Positions 62,599 to 64,000 of a DNA stretch of 64,000 nt are shown here, piece after piece. The number at the start of each line of letters is the position of its first letter. The first letter of the stretch is position 1. The position numbers and the translations under genes are program-made. The notes under the pieces are model-generated. The model worked only from the letters and a program-made list of their open reading frames with translations. It was not told where the DNA came from and did not search any database. The stretch is from Eutreptiella sp. 'Long Island Sound 2002' (taxonomy: Eukaryota; Protista; Euglenida): the NCBI GenBank assembly GCA_964036045.1, contig OZ038378.1:54436001-54500000 (forward strand). Reading direction: 5' to 3'.

Positions 62599-63993
62599 TC
62601 ATGTCCGTCTCTTGCGGCACCAGAACCGCCGCTGTAGAGTCTGAAGGTGCTGCATGTCGGTTAGAAGCCGTCTTCTTGTGCGGCTTGCATACGTTTGTAC
62701 ACTTATGGGCCCTTGCCCATGTTGAGCCCTTTTGGTCGCATCCCACCCATGCGACCAAAGGCTATCGTCAATGGTGTGGCTGTCCACAACCACTTGCACC
62801 CCTAGTCTCCCCCGGAGGAGGCTTAGGCCCCCGCTGTTGCGCAACATGCGCTTCAGCCTCCGGTGACTTCCCTCCGTGGCAAAGCAGGAGAACTTTGACA
62901 AGATTCTCCACTTCTTTGCAAAACAATACATGTGGTCGATCCAAAGATGCGTCCACAGAAGTTTGCCCCACTGGAGCTCATTGTGGGCAGCGCCCATGGC
63001 TATGCTACGGTTCCGGAGCCGCCCCAAGTCGGCCCTGGAGAACCATGCGGAACGCCACGCGTATACACACATGCTTGCAAAATTCTCCCACCACGTTTTG
63101 CACACCGACTCCCAACTTTTTCCCCCTACTTGATGCTGCCTGACACTAGGCTGCTCTGGGCAAGCATCTATTATCTTCTCCCAACCCCTATTGCGCATGA
63201 AATGGATGGCAGCAGCACACTCCATCCTCACCTTCCCCTTGCTGTTTGCCTTGTCATTGTTTAATGAGGCACGGGTGCAAGTTCGTGCAGCAAGCCGTGC
63301 CTCATCTAGAACCGGTTGCAGCATGGTGCGTGCCACAGTGGCCGGTGCCTTCCTTGTCAATTGTACAACTAGGTCCCGTGTCCCGTTGACTGCACACAAC
63401 AGGACACGAAGGACCCCATGGAGGCCATAATCAGGCACTCGCCTATCACTCGTAATGGTCCTATATATAGCATTTATGGCAACGGCTGGTTCCCAGTTGC
63501 CGTCTATCGCACTTGCTGTGCCGAAGGTAGCAAGGCACACAGCACGGTTACGCATGCAGACCCAACACACAGTGGCACCAGGGGATTTTGCCTTCCAGTT
63601 TTGGCAGCCCGCCATGAGCACCTGTGCCTTACGATCTGCACACACAAAAAAAAGGGACTGCCTATCGTTCCCTGCCGTATCCTTAAAACTTACGGTTGCG
63701 GCCTTGCGCAACTCATCATCAAAATCAATTTCCTCGGAGGCCGCGTAGATGGTCTCCCACTTTTCACTGCCCCCTAGTAGCCACCAACTAGATAGTTGGT
63801 TGGGATTGGCGGTGCCACCAAGCGTGAAATGGACGTACGAGGCCTCGTGCCTCGATGTACCGTCCACTGCAATAGGCAACCAATGCAGCCGTCGGTCCCC
63901 GGGCTGCATGATGGCCGAGGGTGGGGGTGGTCGACACTTGAATAGGTGGCCGATGCGGTCAGGTAGGTAGCAGGCCGCACCATTGATGGCCAT
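62599..63993 (-). CDS. RAG1/Transib-like DDE transposase (at least 464 aa; frame stays open to the window edge)
   Basis: IAVD44G, CAD120RK, C143WVC146, LH192G, VRMECAAAIHFM (cf. RAG1 RMNGNFARKLM), H349LWIDH354, ATE374GSHRRLK; the H-x4-H-x19-E spacing equals RAG1 H937/H942/E962. Confidence 0.8.
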   Translation of the reverse strand: MAINGAACYLPDRIGHLFKCRPPPPSAIMQPGDRRLHWLPIAVDGTSRHEASYVHFTLGGTANPNQLSSWWLLGGSEKWETIYAASEEIDFDDELRKAATVSFKDTAGNDRQSLFFVCADRKAQVLMAGCQNWKAKSPGATVCWVCMRNRAVCLATFGTASAIDGNWEPAVAINAIYRTITSDRRVPDYGLHGVLRVLLCAVNGTRDLVVQLTRKAPATVARTMLQPVLDEARLAARTCTRASLNNDKANSKGKVRMECAAAIHFMRNRGWEKIIDACPEQPSVRQHQVGGKSWESVCKTWWENFASMCVYAWRSAWFSRADLGRLRNRSIAMGAAHNELQWGKLLWTHLWIDHMYCFAKKWRILSKFSCFATEGSHRRLKRMLRNSGGLSLLRGRLGVQVVVDSHTIDDSLWSHGWDATKRAQHGQGPISVQTYASRTRRRLLTDMQHLQTLQRRFWCRKRRT

Positions 63994-64000
63994 GTCGTCA

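Overview
Repeat-dense eukaryotic DNA made of nested transposable elements, relics and satellites; no intact host gene is recognisable. It is probably a protist; the repeat style reminds me of euglenids, but that is low-confidence recollection. Left end (1-8785, minus): a Ty3/Gypsy LTR retrotransposon truncated by the window. It has one continuous gag-PR-RT-RNaseH frame with 7 in-frame stops and no frameshift, a 386-bp LTR with TGAAACA/TGTTTCA termini, and a Dam-like N6-adenine methyltransferase-fold domain between protease and RT. Right end (62599->64000, minus): an uninterrupted RAG1/Transib-like DDE transposase ORF with catalytic and Zn-binding motifs at RAG1-like spacing. It lies tail-to-tail with a decayed plus-strand gene (about 60740-62130) that reads as about six kelch-like blades plus a PHD-like finger containing HWVH, i.e. 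a RAG2-like architecture. This candidate ProtoRAG-like pair is the most notable signal, but the RAG2-like call rests on manual stitching across stops and frameshifts. The middle holds 11-, 30- and 72/73-bp satellites, a 1.4-kb foldback, a palindrome of two tRNA-like units, a 2-kb TIR element, a near-identical 1.87-kb duplication, and decayed integrase, Tc1-like, RT-like, USP-like and Ulp1-like fragments.
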